Source: Parasitella parasitica NRRL 2501 (lineage: Eukaryota; Fungi; Mucoromycota). From it: 64,000 bases of DNA. Positions within the stretch are counted from its first letter, which is position 1; every line of letters begins with the position of its first letter. Positions 54,581 to 64,000 of this stretch are shown one piece after another. Location of the stretch: NCBI GenBank assembly GCA_025201805.1, contig MU619325.1:73174-137173 (forward strand), read 5' to 3'. The position numbers and the translations under genes are program-made. Below the pieces are notes generated by a model. That model saw only the letters and a program-made list of their open reading frames with translations, made no database searches and was not told the origin of the DNA.

Positions 54581-56266
54581 CACCTTTTGTAAAAATAAAT
54601 GGCACACACACCGGAAATTATGGCACACTTTTTTTTTTCGATTTGGCACACATTAATTTTTTTGATTGGCTCAGAAATTTTTATTAGTTTGGCACATAAT
54701 TCTTTTATTGATAGCACAAAATTTTTGGCACAAAGTGTGCCATATTCAAAGTGGAAGTTTATCAAAGCATACTTGCCATTTTAATTCAGAATATCGGCAA
54801 AAGCCCTGTAAATCACTGAAAAGAACACTGTTGCAAGCGTCGGTTATTCTTGAAGTAAGCGTTTCCTTATCCAAGAGTTTTTCTTTTTTCAGTTTACTTT
54901 TAACCACTGACCAAAACTGCTCGATTGGATTCAATTCAGGTGAATAGGGTGGGAGATAAACGCACCTGTAGCCGCGATTGATTATGTATCTTTGAATATC
55001 AAGATTTTTGTGGATGGGAACATTGTCCATGACAATGTAGAAGCCTTTAAATTGATCGTGTTTGTCTAACACATCAAGGGTACTGGCGATGAAATTAAAA
55101 TAATGACCAGTAACGGTGCCTACTGTCTTGATTGCAGAAGACCCGGAAGCTTTAGATGATGCTCCATGCAACTTTCGCTTTTTTGAAGCAGACTGGTACG
55201 GTCTTCTTACTTTCACATTGATTATACCGAGAGGTGATATGGCACCCAAAATGGTTGTCGTTTGTGCCCTCGTTACAGGTGTCTCAACTATGGCTCTCTC
55301 CCCTTTTCTTGACCAAGCCATTGTCCTCTTGAGATTGATATGGAAAGCCGCTTCATCAATGAAAATACAGTTGCTTTGGTAGTCCAAATCTGCTTTTGAC
55401 CAGTTGCTTACCCACTCGAATCTTTGTTGGATTTTCTCGATCGAATTTCTTTCAGCAGGGTAAAAATAAGCTTTTTTAAAGGACAACGCGCATTCATTAA
55501 CCATGAAGTTATGAACGGTTTTTTTACCAACTTTCAGACCCTCAAAATGACTAGTCAGACTATCTATGGCTTGATCGACCGTTGCTGAAGGGTTCTCACC
55601 AAACGTTTCCTAAAGATGCTTTTTGTGATCTTCGTTTAATATTGCCTTTCTACCTCGTCTCTCAGTCAATTATTCGCCTCTGCTATCATCATTTTTTCCC
55701 TCGAGTCTACCCACAACTACATCCTGATCGTCTTTAAGCCAATTGTAACCCGTTCTACGAGGGACGTTCATAACACTTGCCGCTTTTCCAGCAGTCAGTC
55801 CCTTCTCATAGACGTAGTAAAAAAACATATCCTTTACATCGTCTCCGCGATGTATTTTTTTGACGTTTGAACCGTTTGGATTACTGGGAGCTCTGTCGAG
55901 TTTTTTGACTTTTGCTTGTATTTTCTTTTCAGGTGGTTTCAGATCCAGGTGTGAATCATAAGTGGTTATATTATCTAAAGGATACGCCTCCTCATCCACT
56001 TCCATTTGCACGGGTTCTAAGCCATCTTCATCCATGGTATTTCCTCTGCCATCTTCGAAATAGACTTTGAAAGACATGTTTTTTAATTGTTGAATTAAAA
56101 GAAATGTGTGCCATAAAGAATTTCAAAAGTGTGCCATCATTAAATGTAGTTTGTGCCAACTTAATTTGTATTAGTGTGCCATACGTAATTCTCAATCGTG
56201 CCAAATCGAAAAAAAAAAGTGTGCCATAATTTTCGGTGTGTGTGCCATTTATTTTTACAAAAGGTG
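54581..56266 (-). mobile_element. Tc1/mariner (IS630-like DD34E) DNA transposon, 1686 bp
   Basis: 69-bp TIRs (54581-54649 and 56198-56266, one mismatch) flanked by TA at 54579-54580 and 56267-56268. Confidence 0.95.
54746..56077 (-). pseudogene. DD34E transposase broken by two in-frame stops
   Basis: ORFs 55670-56077 (HTH-like AGKAASVMNVPRRTGYNW) and 54746-55504 (IFIDEAAF, MDNVPIH, 34 aa, YSPELNPIEQFW) share one frame, joined by 55 codons; stops TAA at 55670-55672 and TAG at 55610-55612. Confidence 0.9.
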
Positions 56267-58085
56267 TAGTTGGAGGTATTTTGGGAAATTAGCACCTCCG
56301 TTGGAGATGCTCTAAGTTGTGGTAGTAGCCAATATTTGAAAGACATAAATAACCTGCATTTATATCTTTTATAATAAACCGTTCACTTTATATACTGCTC
56401 GGATTCAAACATACTATGATTGTAATCCATAGATTGATTCACGTATATTATACCTGAGTTTTGTAAAATGACTAGGTAGTTGGTAAGTTAGTTCGCTGTC
56501 CTGGTGCTTAAAAGGCACACATCACTGCTTATAGTCTTTTTATGGTTTCTGAAAAAAAAGTTCAAGTAAATAATAAAGGTCTTGGTGATTGTAATAATAA
56601 AACACTAGGGTTTCTGGTAACAAACTTTTTATTTCTGATATAAGCCAAGAAGTTCCTGAGAGAAGACAAATATCACTCTAAAAAGATTTCAAGTGGGGAT
56701 TTCCATATTTAATGAAAGACTAATTGCTTCGTATCATTCATAGTGAAATTACAAAGAGATTGTGTTGTGAAATGAGCTATCTACATCATATCTTTAAGTT
56801 CAAGGTAGTCTTTGAAAAAAGTTACGGTTGTCTATTGACAAACACCTATGATTCTGAGTGTAAGTGTGTCTGTTGACTTTGGATTTAAAACCTTTAAATG
56901 GATTCAGGAACGGGCAGCAAGGTTCATTTATGTATCCAGAAATTTTTTTATGAATGGGTGTGTCATCCTGGTGGCAGATTGTTTCCTTTTCTCTGGCACT
57001 TTCTTACACCTTCAGTTGATCTGCCGTCATCTAATGTAGAAGGTCTTATTTAAGCTGGGTTCTGTATATTCAGTTACAAAGCAGAACAGCTAGTCAAATC
57101 TGTGCCATCTTTTCCAAAATATTGGAATGGCCTGATTTTTTTTTTTTTTTTAGATGTTATCTTTGTCTATTACACTAAGAATTAAATTGCGGAGAACAGG
57201 TTCTTACATGACAATAACACCAGAAGAAATTGCTTTGCAATTCGTGCTCGAAATGGCTTTTTATATCTCTTTGTTACATCTTACTCATAAAGCTTCTGGA
57301 TGCGTTACTTCTTTGTGTGTCGATCCTTTGCTTTCACCTCACCTATTGGTTGTGCTGTTTGTTTGATCACCAATAACTTCTTTGTGGTTCCATTCATCTT
57401 TTACCTTATAGATCATCAGAGCTATATGAATGGTATTCCTCTCTCAGTATTCATGTTGCACAAAATAAGTGTATTGCATGGAGCAACAATAATGATTTCG
57501 GCTATGTCCACTGTGTCGAGCACAGATGAGGCATTGAAGAAAAAAAAAAAAAAATAGAAAGAATAAATCCAAGACTTTGCTTCTGCTTATGCTTCAACTC
57601 TGAAATGTGAAATGTACCAACTAAAAATATTTTGAAAATCAAAATCAAGACGCCATAGTATCTTCTGATCGTGTGTGGCATGAAGTACCGTCGCCCCCTT
57701 TTGTTTTTTCTTGCTTTGTGCGTACATTATTCATCTTTTCCCATGTGTACCTAATTCGCAATCAAGTTGGCCGTTGCTCCACCTACTCTTGATGCGCAAT
57801 ATAAAACAAAAAGGCTATTAATCAGCTAACTTTCAGCAAATGATGTCCAGGACAATGAATGAAAGTATATACCATGACTTTGTCTCAAAGAGACAAAAAT
57901 TCATTGTTCTCATACTATTAGTGATGATCATGACGCTATTGTGAACGATCTTTGTATTATTACACTGCTTTTTAGCTCTGCAGTTTTAGAATACAATAGG
58001 GTTTACTAAAATTGAAGATTGCGATCTTGTATAAATGCTCCCTTTCATAACTTCACATTGATGAAATATACCCTTTTATCATAAC

Positions 58086-59741
58086 ATGAAGCTTATAAAC
58101 AATTTCCCACCTGAAATTATTTCCAAAATCTTTACTTACTTGACGTTCTCAGAGAAAAAAAGTTGTGCAAGCACTTGTAAAAAGTGGCAAAATTTGATCT
58201 TGCATTCCAACTTTTATGAAGATCTTCGAATTGAAAAAGAAGAAAAATTCGAGCTATTTAATCAGTATTTCCTAGAAGAAGAAAACAAGCCTTTTCGTAA
58301 TCAAATCCGTCGTTTGAGGATCAACATTTATTCTAGTAATGCAGCCATATTAGCTCTGCCTGAAAAATATCCCAACCTTCAGAAACTCGTCCTAGGATAC
58401 GCTACTAATGAATCTAATGTATCTGAAATAGTTGTCAATGAAAAGATTGCTGAGCACTGGAAAAGAATCACTAGTTTTGATTGTTGCGAAAAGGACCTTT
58501 TCTCCTCAAAGATATTGGAGTCTGGTGGGTTTTGCAACCTGGTTGATTTGCGTGTGGTGTTTGCGGGAAAAGAGAGATCCGAATTCAAGTGTAATTCGTT
58601 AATTCAACAACTTTCGAATGCTCCCAAACTGAAGACACTGAAACTAAGACATGGTGCAATGTCATCAAGTCATTTACATCAGCTTCATTGCAATGCAAAA
58701 CAATTGGAGGTTCTTTGGTTAGAAGATATGGAATTAGCATATGTTGGTGTGAACGAGCAGAGGCTCTCAATTTCTCCAAGTAATACATTGAAAGAGCTTC
58801 GTATATCTCGCTGCTTGAAAGAATACAATGAAAACATGTTACAGCATATGAAATACCCGAATTTGAAAACCTTGCAAGTATGCTTTTCAGATCAGTTTGA
58901 CCAGAGATATGGGGAGAACCAGTTGGTCGAATTCGTCTCTCATTGTCCATATCTTGAGACTTATGATGTCAACATACAATCAATCACACCGGCAATTTTG
59001 GGAGCAATCGATGCAAGTGGAGCCAAATTGAAAAAAATTACGATTACGATATGGTCCGAGGAGGACCCTCTCAGACAATTCAAGGATGTACTAAAATCTA
59101 ACCAGAAAGATTTTGTGCACACGATGAAGATCAACTATTCATATGTTTCTCATTACGATGAAATCAAGATGGTTAAAACTTTCGACGCCTTGGAAGCTTT
59201 CCCAAGCCTTAAGGATTTAGATATACAAGCTCTACATTATTATCTTTTCCGGGACTTTCCTCTCGGTAATTTTTTGAGGAAAAAACTGCATTTGGAAACA
59301 CTCAAGCTAAAAGATTGGAAGATTGAAAATCCAAACCCCCTAAAGAAGCTTTGGAATGATCTTTTGAGCGAATTTACAGCAACAACGATAAAAAATTTGG
59401 TCTTGGATAACGTTCGTTGCAAAACTGAAGAATTTGTACCGCTCATTTCGAAAACATGTCCTGAGCTATCCAATCTAACAATTTCACCTGATTACAATTG
59501 TGAGTTCCACAATTATGAATTTCCTGATCATAGCTTTGCTTCTATTACAGTGATTAAGCCACATAATCGCTACTACCAAGTGACAACTGACAAGGAAACT
59601 AAATGGTATTTATTCATCAATGGAACTCTTGAAAAAACTTGTAAAAACTCGCCTGATCCAGAAAAAAATCGAATTGTCTCTTTGAAATATAAAAGCTGCA
59701 AGGTTTTGAAGATTGGAGATGCTTATATCGACCAACCTTAA
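58086..59741 (+). CDS. F-box / LRR (RNI-like) protein, intronless, 551 aa
   Basis: N-terminal F-box INNFPPEIISKIFTYLTFSEKKSCASTCKKWQ; repeated PNLQKLVL, PKLKTLKL, PNLKTLQV, CPELSNLTI units. Confidence 0.85.
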   Translation: MKLINNFPPEIISKIFTYLTFSEKKSCASTCKKWQNLILHSNFYEDLRIEKEEKFELFNQYFLEEENKPFRNQIRRLRINIYSSNAAILALPEKYPNLQKLVLGYATNESNVSEIVVNEKIAEHWKRITSFDCCEKDLFSSKILESGGFCNLVDLRVVFAGKERSEFKCNSLIQQLSNAPKLKTLKLRHGAMSSSHLHQLHCNAKQLEVLWLEDMELAYVGVNEQRLSISPSNTLKELRISRCLKEYNENMLQHMKYPNLKTLQVCFSDQFDQRYGENQLVEFVSHCPYLETYDVNIQSITPAILGAIDASGAKLKKITITIWSEEDPLRQFKDVLKSNQKDFVHTMKINYSYVSHYDEIKMVKTFDALEAFPSLKDLDIQALHYYLFRDFPLGNFLRKKLHLETLKLKDWKIENPNPLKKLWNDLLSEFTATTIKNLVLDNVRCKTEEFVPLISKTCPELSNLTISPDYNCEFHNYEFPDHSFASITVIKPHNRYYQVTTDKETKWYLFINGTLEKTCKNSPDPEKNRIVSLKYKSCKVLKIGDAYIDQP

Positions 59742-60977
59742 ATTCAAAGATAATTGTCAACCCCCTCTTTTTCTTTGCTTCTACTTATGCTTATACACAT
59801 TATTTATATGCTTTTTTTTTTATATATTTCGATCAAACTTATGCTTTTAAATAAACTTGTGCCTATGCCACAAAAATAATATATTATATGACAAATAATA
59901 GATATATATATATTTATTACAGTATCAATTAAAAAAGAAGAAAGAGACATTGCGCTCTATTCATATTTTGAATAGGCAAGGACTTAATATCATGTATAAC
60001 TCTAACTTCATATAAGAATATTTCAATTGAAGATTCTCGAAATCTTTGCAATTAGTTTCTCACTAGCGTTTTTATTGACGCTTCTTCTCTTAGATCCTTC
60101 CCCTCATTTTATTTGCGTTGTGAAGTCGAGGTTTATATGTCTTGCCCTTCTTTTTTGCCATTGGTTCTACTAAATAGTCGTCTGTCCCCTCTTGTTTCTT
60201 CAACTGTCCCAGTTCAAATGTCTCGTATTGTGTGTCCGAGATCATTTATTGACGGTATTTACATTCTTCTGCCTCTTCCTATATCTACATCCTTCGCTGT
60301 GCTTACCATTTTGAAGAAGAACCTATATCCATTCGGTCTTATATCTCTTTGCTATGGCGTACAGTTGTAAGATTTTAAAAACTAAAAAAAGAAAAACTAC
60401 TGATACAACATAGACGATCCCCCCATTTCTAATAATCCGCATTCAAAATTGTGGGTAGCACTTGATGAAGATTGGTACGCTTATTTTAGGACATTTTTTT
60501 TTCTTTAATGAAACAAGATATTCCAGGTAGCTATCATCTGAACGTATGACAAGGGAAATAAGTTGCAAGGGCAGCTAAATTCACCAAAATGCATCATATT
60601 ATTCGTAGCATTATTTTTGTGCTACACAAATATATATTTTTTTGTTTGTATGGAGACCTTGGTCTCGATTTTATTGTACACAAATATATAAATTGGCCGA
60701 AGCACTGCTACAAGTATACAGATCACTTGATAAAGCAAAAAAAAAAAAAAAAAGTGCTATACTGGCTCCATCATATAAAGCGTATTTCCTCGGTGCTGAC
60801 TTACATATCTACGCATACACAATGAATTTATTATCTTGAACACTTGTCCTTTGGTGATGTGTTAACGAATAATGAGTGTTGTTTGTTGATGATTTATTTA
60901 TAATTTGGTGGTGCAATATTTGGTGTTGTTAATTTACTGCACAATTACTATTGCTGCTGCTGCTGCTGCTGCTGCTG

Positions 60978-61300
60978 CTAAACAAGCTCTACACCTTGCC
61001 GCTCGTCGTCATTCTGATCTTCATCATTTTTTTCGTCACTCAAACCTTCTGTTTGCTCAAAATAAGTTTCCTAAAGCGCAATGATCTGTTTTTGATGTTC
61101 AATCATGCTACGAAGAAACTGCTCCACACTATCGCGGAAATCGTCAACTTTTTCTTTATCAAAGCGATCCAGTTCGTTTTTGATTAACTTTGATATGTCT
61201 TGAAAATCCTACTGCAATTCTCCACTCTTTCTTTTATCTCGTTTAATTCCTGCTGTGAGCTCGCTAGCTTCTCAGCTTTGCGTTGTTGTTTGAGCCTAGA
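60978..61300 (-). pseudogene. Fragment of the Vps5/SNX1-2 sorting-nexin BAR C-terminus with a frameshift and stops
   Basis: RLKQQRKAEKLASSQQELNEIKERVE[fs]LQ*DFQDISKLIKNELDRFDKEKVDDFRDSVEQFLRSMIEHQKQIIAL*ETYFEQ; the conserved Trp of LWETY is TAG (61071-61073); followed by a (CAG)n tract. Confidence 0.75.
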
Positions 61301-62547
61301 AGACTGAGCACCTTGTAGTTTTTCTTATTGATGTATAGCGTTGGATTCGGAAAGCAACATGAGGTTAGTGTATGGATTTTGTCTCCAGTACTTGCCAGAG
61401 AAGAAGACATGATTAGTAGTAGTAGTAGTAGCAGGTAGAAGAGTAAAGACACTGGCTACTTTTTTTCTTTGCAGCACGCTTTTGTTATTGAAGCGGCATA
61501 GAAAAGGCAGGCATGTGAGTCGTAGGCTGCAACATCATGAATAGGTCAAACCCTCCATCTTTCAAATACAAATAAAAAGGAGAATGAGATAGGAGGAATG
61601 GTGGTTAGGGAAAACGTTGCATGCTTTCTCAAGTCCCTTCACGCAATCAATAGTGATTTGCTGTTAGCGGCATAAAAACAACCCCTATCCATTTTGGCCA
61701 ACTTGACTCTTTATGCTCTGCCCAGTGGGTGCATAAGCTCATATAACACCAAGACAGAGAAAAATAATGAGATTAAGAATGGAGAGCTTACACATGAATG
61801 TGTATAAATGCTGTTAATGATACCATGGTAAAAGCCTGCAATTTGGATGTCAAATTTGGGAGAACACTGTAAGTGAACAAAGTGATTGTCTTTGTGTAAA
61901 GTAGCTATTGTGAGGTACCTAGCTCAAGAACTGTCTTGCAAATGTTGCTCCATGCATCCATTATACGTCGATAACCAGCTATCAGATGATTGGCATAATC
62001 AAATTCCTAGTATAAAGCACATTTATTTTTGATTTTCCTCCTGAATGCTAATGGTCTACGCGAACTCAGTGTGTTGTTGTCAAAAAAGACAAAAACTGTA
62101 AGAAAACAATGTTCAGCAAATTTAAACATAAAAACAAGCAATTCGAAGTAATTTATTAGACTATAAGACTCCTTTTGATTACATATTAGCATAGCTTAAA
62201 GCAAACTTTTGTACTTTTAAGTTGACATAAGATGAAGGTAGCGACTTTTCTGACTTTTTTTTCGGAAAAGTGTTTTTCAAAATCGGAGCGTGAGAGCGTC
62301 AGGCCAGGTACAGACATGCAAGTGCTACCATTAGAAAATTAAAAAGCACACTATTTAAATAAACTAGTTTTCAGTTGTTTTTTTTTAACTGGGTAAGCTA
62401 TGGCTTCTCAAAGCTAATGCTTTCTTCAAAAAAACCACCATTTTTCTTTGGTAACGGAGATTAAACGCTTCCAAAAACAGGAAGAAAAAATTCTTTCAAA
62501 AACTCCATTTGGACATTTCGAAAACAAAATTACACACACTTTTTCGC

Positions 62548-64000
62548 ATGGTAGAATCACAACAGCAACAGCAACAATCTTCTAGCGATTCCAACAACAG
62601 GAGGCCCATGTTATGGACCCATGTTGTCAAATCTCGAAAAAAAGGCAAAAATCAAAAGGAACAGATTGTTTCTTTCAACCCAACCTTGATAACGAGACCA
62701 GTAACTGAGGCAGAGTCGACTCAGAATGCACTCAACGGCGCTACACCTCCGGCTCCCATGGCCGTTATACGTCCGTTCATTAAAGGAATGGAGCAGGATT
62801 CTATATTAATTGACCTTACGACTATCAAAGATAGATCGCTCTTGAACAAAGAACTTCTCAAGTTCAACGAGGAAGCTGAAAAACATGGACTTACTGAAGA
62901 ATTTTTGGGTTATCGACGCCAAACCCGTAAATATCTTGGACATGAATTCCTCGAAACGATGTGGACTCCTTCTTCTCCTAGCCGCCAGACTATCATTGAC
63001 TCTGGTATCACTCTTGAAGATGGCACCTTTGTTAAAGGTTTCCCATCCTACAACGCGGACGCCACCATTGTTCGCTTGAAGTTGGAAAACCTTCCTTTTC
63101 TTCCAGCAATGGAACTAAAAGACGAAATGGCAAAACGTTTGTCTGATTTTGGCAATGTTTTGGACCATGGCATCTCTAAAACAGATGGCATCTTTCATGG
63201 GGAAGGTTATGCTACCTTAAACCTCACCGTCAAAAACTCTGCTGAGAGTCAGTGTCAGGAAACACACACTCATGGATCATCTTGTTCGCGCTTCTACCAA
63301 TTGGAGCAGCTATCTCGGGTTATTATTTGGGACCCTCTTGCAATTGATCCTCGCAAGATTCTCTTACAATGGGATACTATGCCTAACTTTTGTCGCAACT
63401 GTCAAGCTTCTGATCACTGCCGTGCGGATTGCCCGGATTACAAAAAATGGGTTAGATGTTACCATTGCAACAAACATGGGCATGTTGCTAAAAACTGTGA
63501 CCGAAACAATTCTGAGTCAGTGCCAGCGAAAGTGAGGGTTGTGGAATCCTCCCCTTCCAAAACCAAGGATCGCAAAAGCAATAAAACTACTGCCTCATAC
63601 AAAGCGAATACCCAGTCATCAGTTGCTACTGGTACTGGTACTGATATTTCCAATTCGAATTATGTTAGCATCAACGGGAAAGAAGAGGACCAGTTGATGG
63701 GCGAAGTTTCTCGCCCACCCTATGAGACAGCAGACGAGCTAATGGGAATATCACTAGATTCTGCTGCCACGGATACATCGAATGAGGGTTTTGAGGATAC
63801 CCTTCCTAAATCCACTTCTGTTATTTCTGATGCTATGGCATTAACCCTTGTCTCCCGTGATATACCGACGGATCGATCTTCTACTGTGGATCCTTCCAAA
63901 CCAGCCTCGAAATTTGCTAGAAGAAACAGTTCTTCTGATATTAGTTCCATAAGAAATCAAGTTAATGAACAGAGCAGCTTGCTTCCTGCCTCGCCAGGAT
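62548..64000 (+). mobile_element. Non-LTR retrotransposon (L1/Tx1-like) ORF1, open to the window end (at least 484 aa)
   Basis: Not in the ORF track because it has no stop. MVESQQQ..GFPSYNADATIVRLKLENLPFL..LSDFGNVLDHGI..FHGEGYATL (RRM-like), then two CCHC knuckles CRNCQASDHCRADC and CYHCNKHGHVAKNC. Confidence 0.85.

Larger units (their letters stand above)
54067..56312. mobile_element. PIF/Harbinger-type (Tourist-like) non-autonomous element, about 558 bp without its nested insertion
   Basis: TIR GAGCATCTCCAA(T/C)GGAG at 54067 and inverted at 56296-56312; TAA duplicated at 54064-54066 and 56313-56315; no coding capacity of its own. Confidence 0.85.

Noticed and set aside
56560-57560. Cys/His-containing broken frames suggestive of a TE zinc finger
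   Set aside because: Too degraded to assign.

Overview
Intron-rich, AT-rich fungal genomic DNA, most consistent with Mucorales (Mucoromycota); this is inferred from gene and transposon types. From 1 to 52 kb is a compact block of housekeeping genes: tubulin cofactor A (partial), ITC1/ACF1-like ISWI subunit, two small conserved hypothetical genes, ArfGAP, an OYE-type flavin oxidoreductase, ATP14, a GH18 chitinase, an NCS2 purine permease, an IFRD protein, an A1 aspartic protease lacking its second catalytic Asp, a small GPI-type protein, ATG22, RFA1, MET17, CSF1 (BLTP1) and MCD4 (PIGN). From 52 to 64 kb is repeat-rich: a long foldback, a Tc1/mariner element nested in a PIF/Harbinger-type MITE, an F-box/LRR gene, a Vps5 pseudogene fragment and the ORF1 of a LINE. 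Best leads: (1) an apparently intact spliced 121-aa gene at 33104-33542 made only of the calcineurin A calmodulin-binding regulatory tail, with no phosphatase domain and a degenerate autoinhibitory segment, a candidate calmodulin/calcineurin decoy microprotein; (2) CSF1 lying 197 bp upstream of MCD4, its known functional partner in GPI-anchor synthesis. Gene models were spliced by eye and homologies recognised from memory; no database searches were run.
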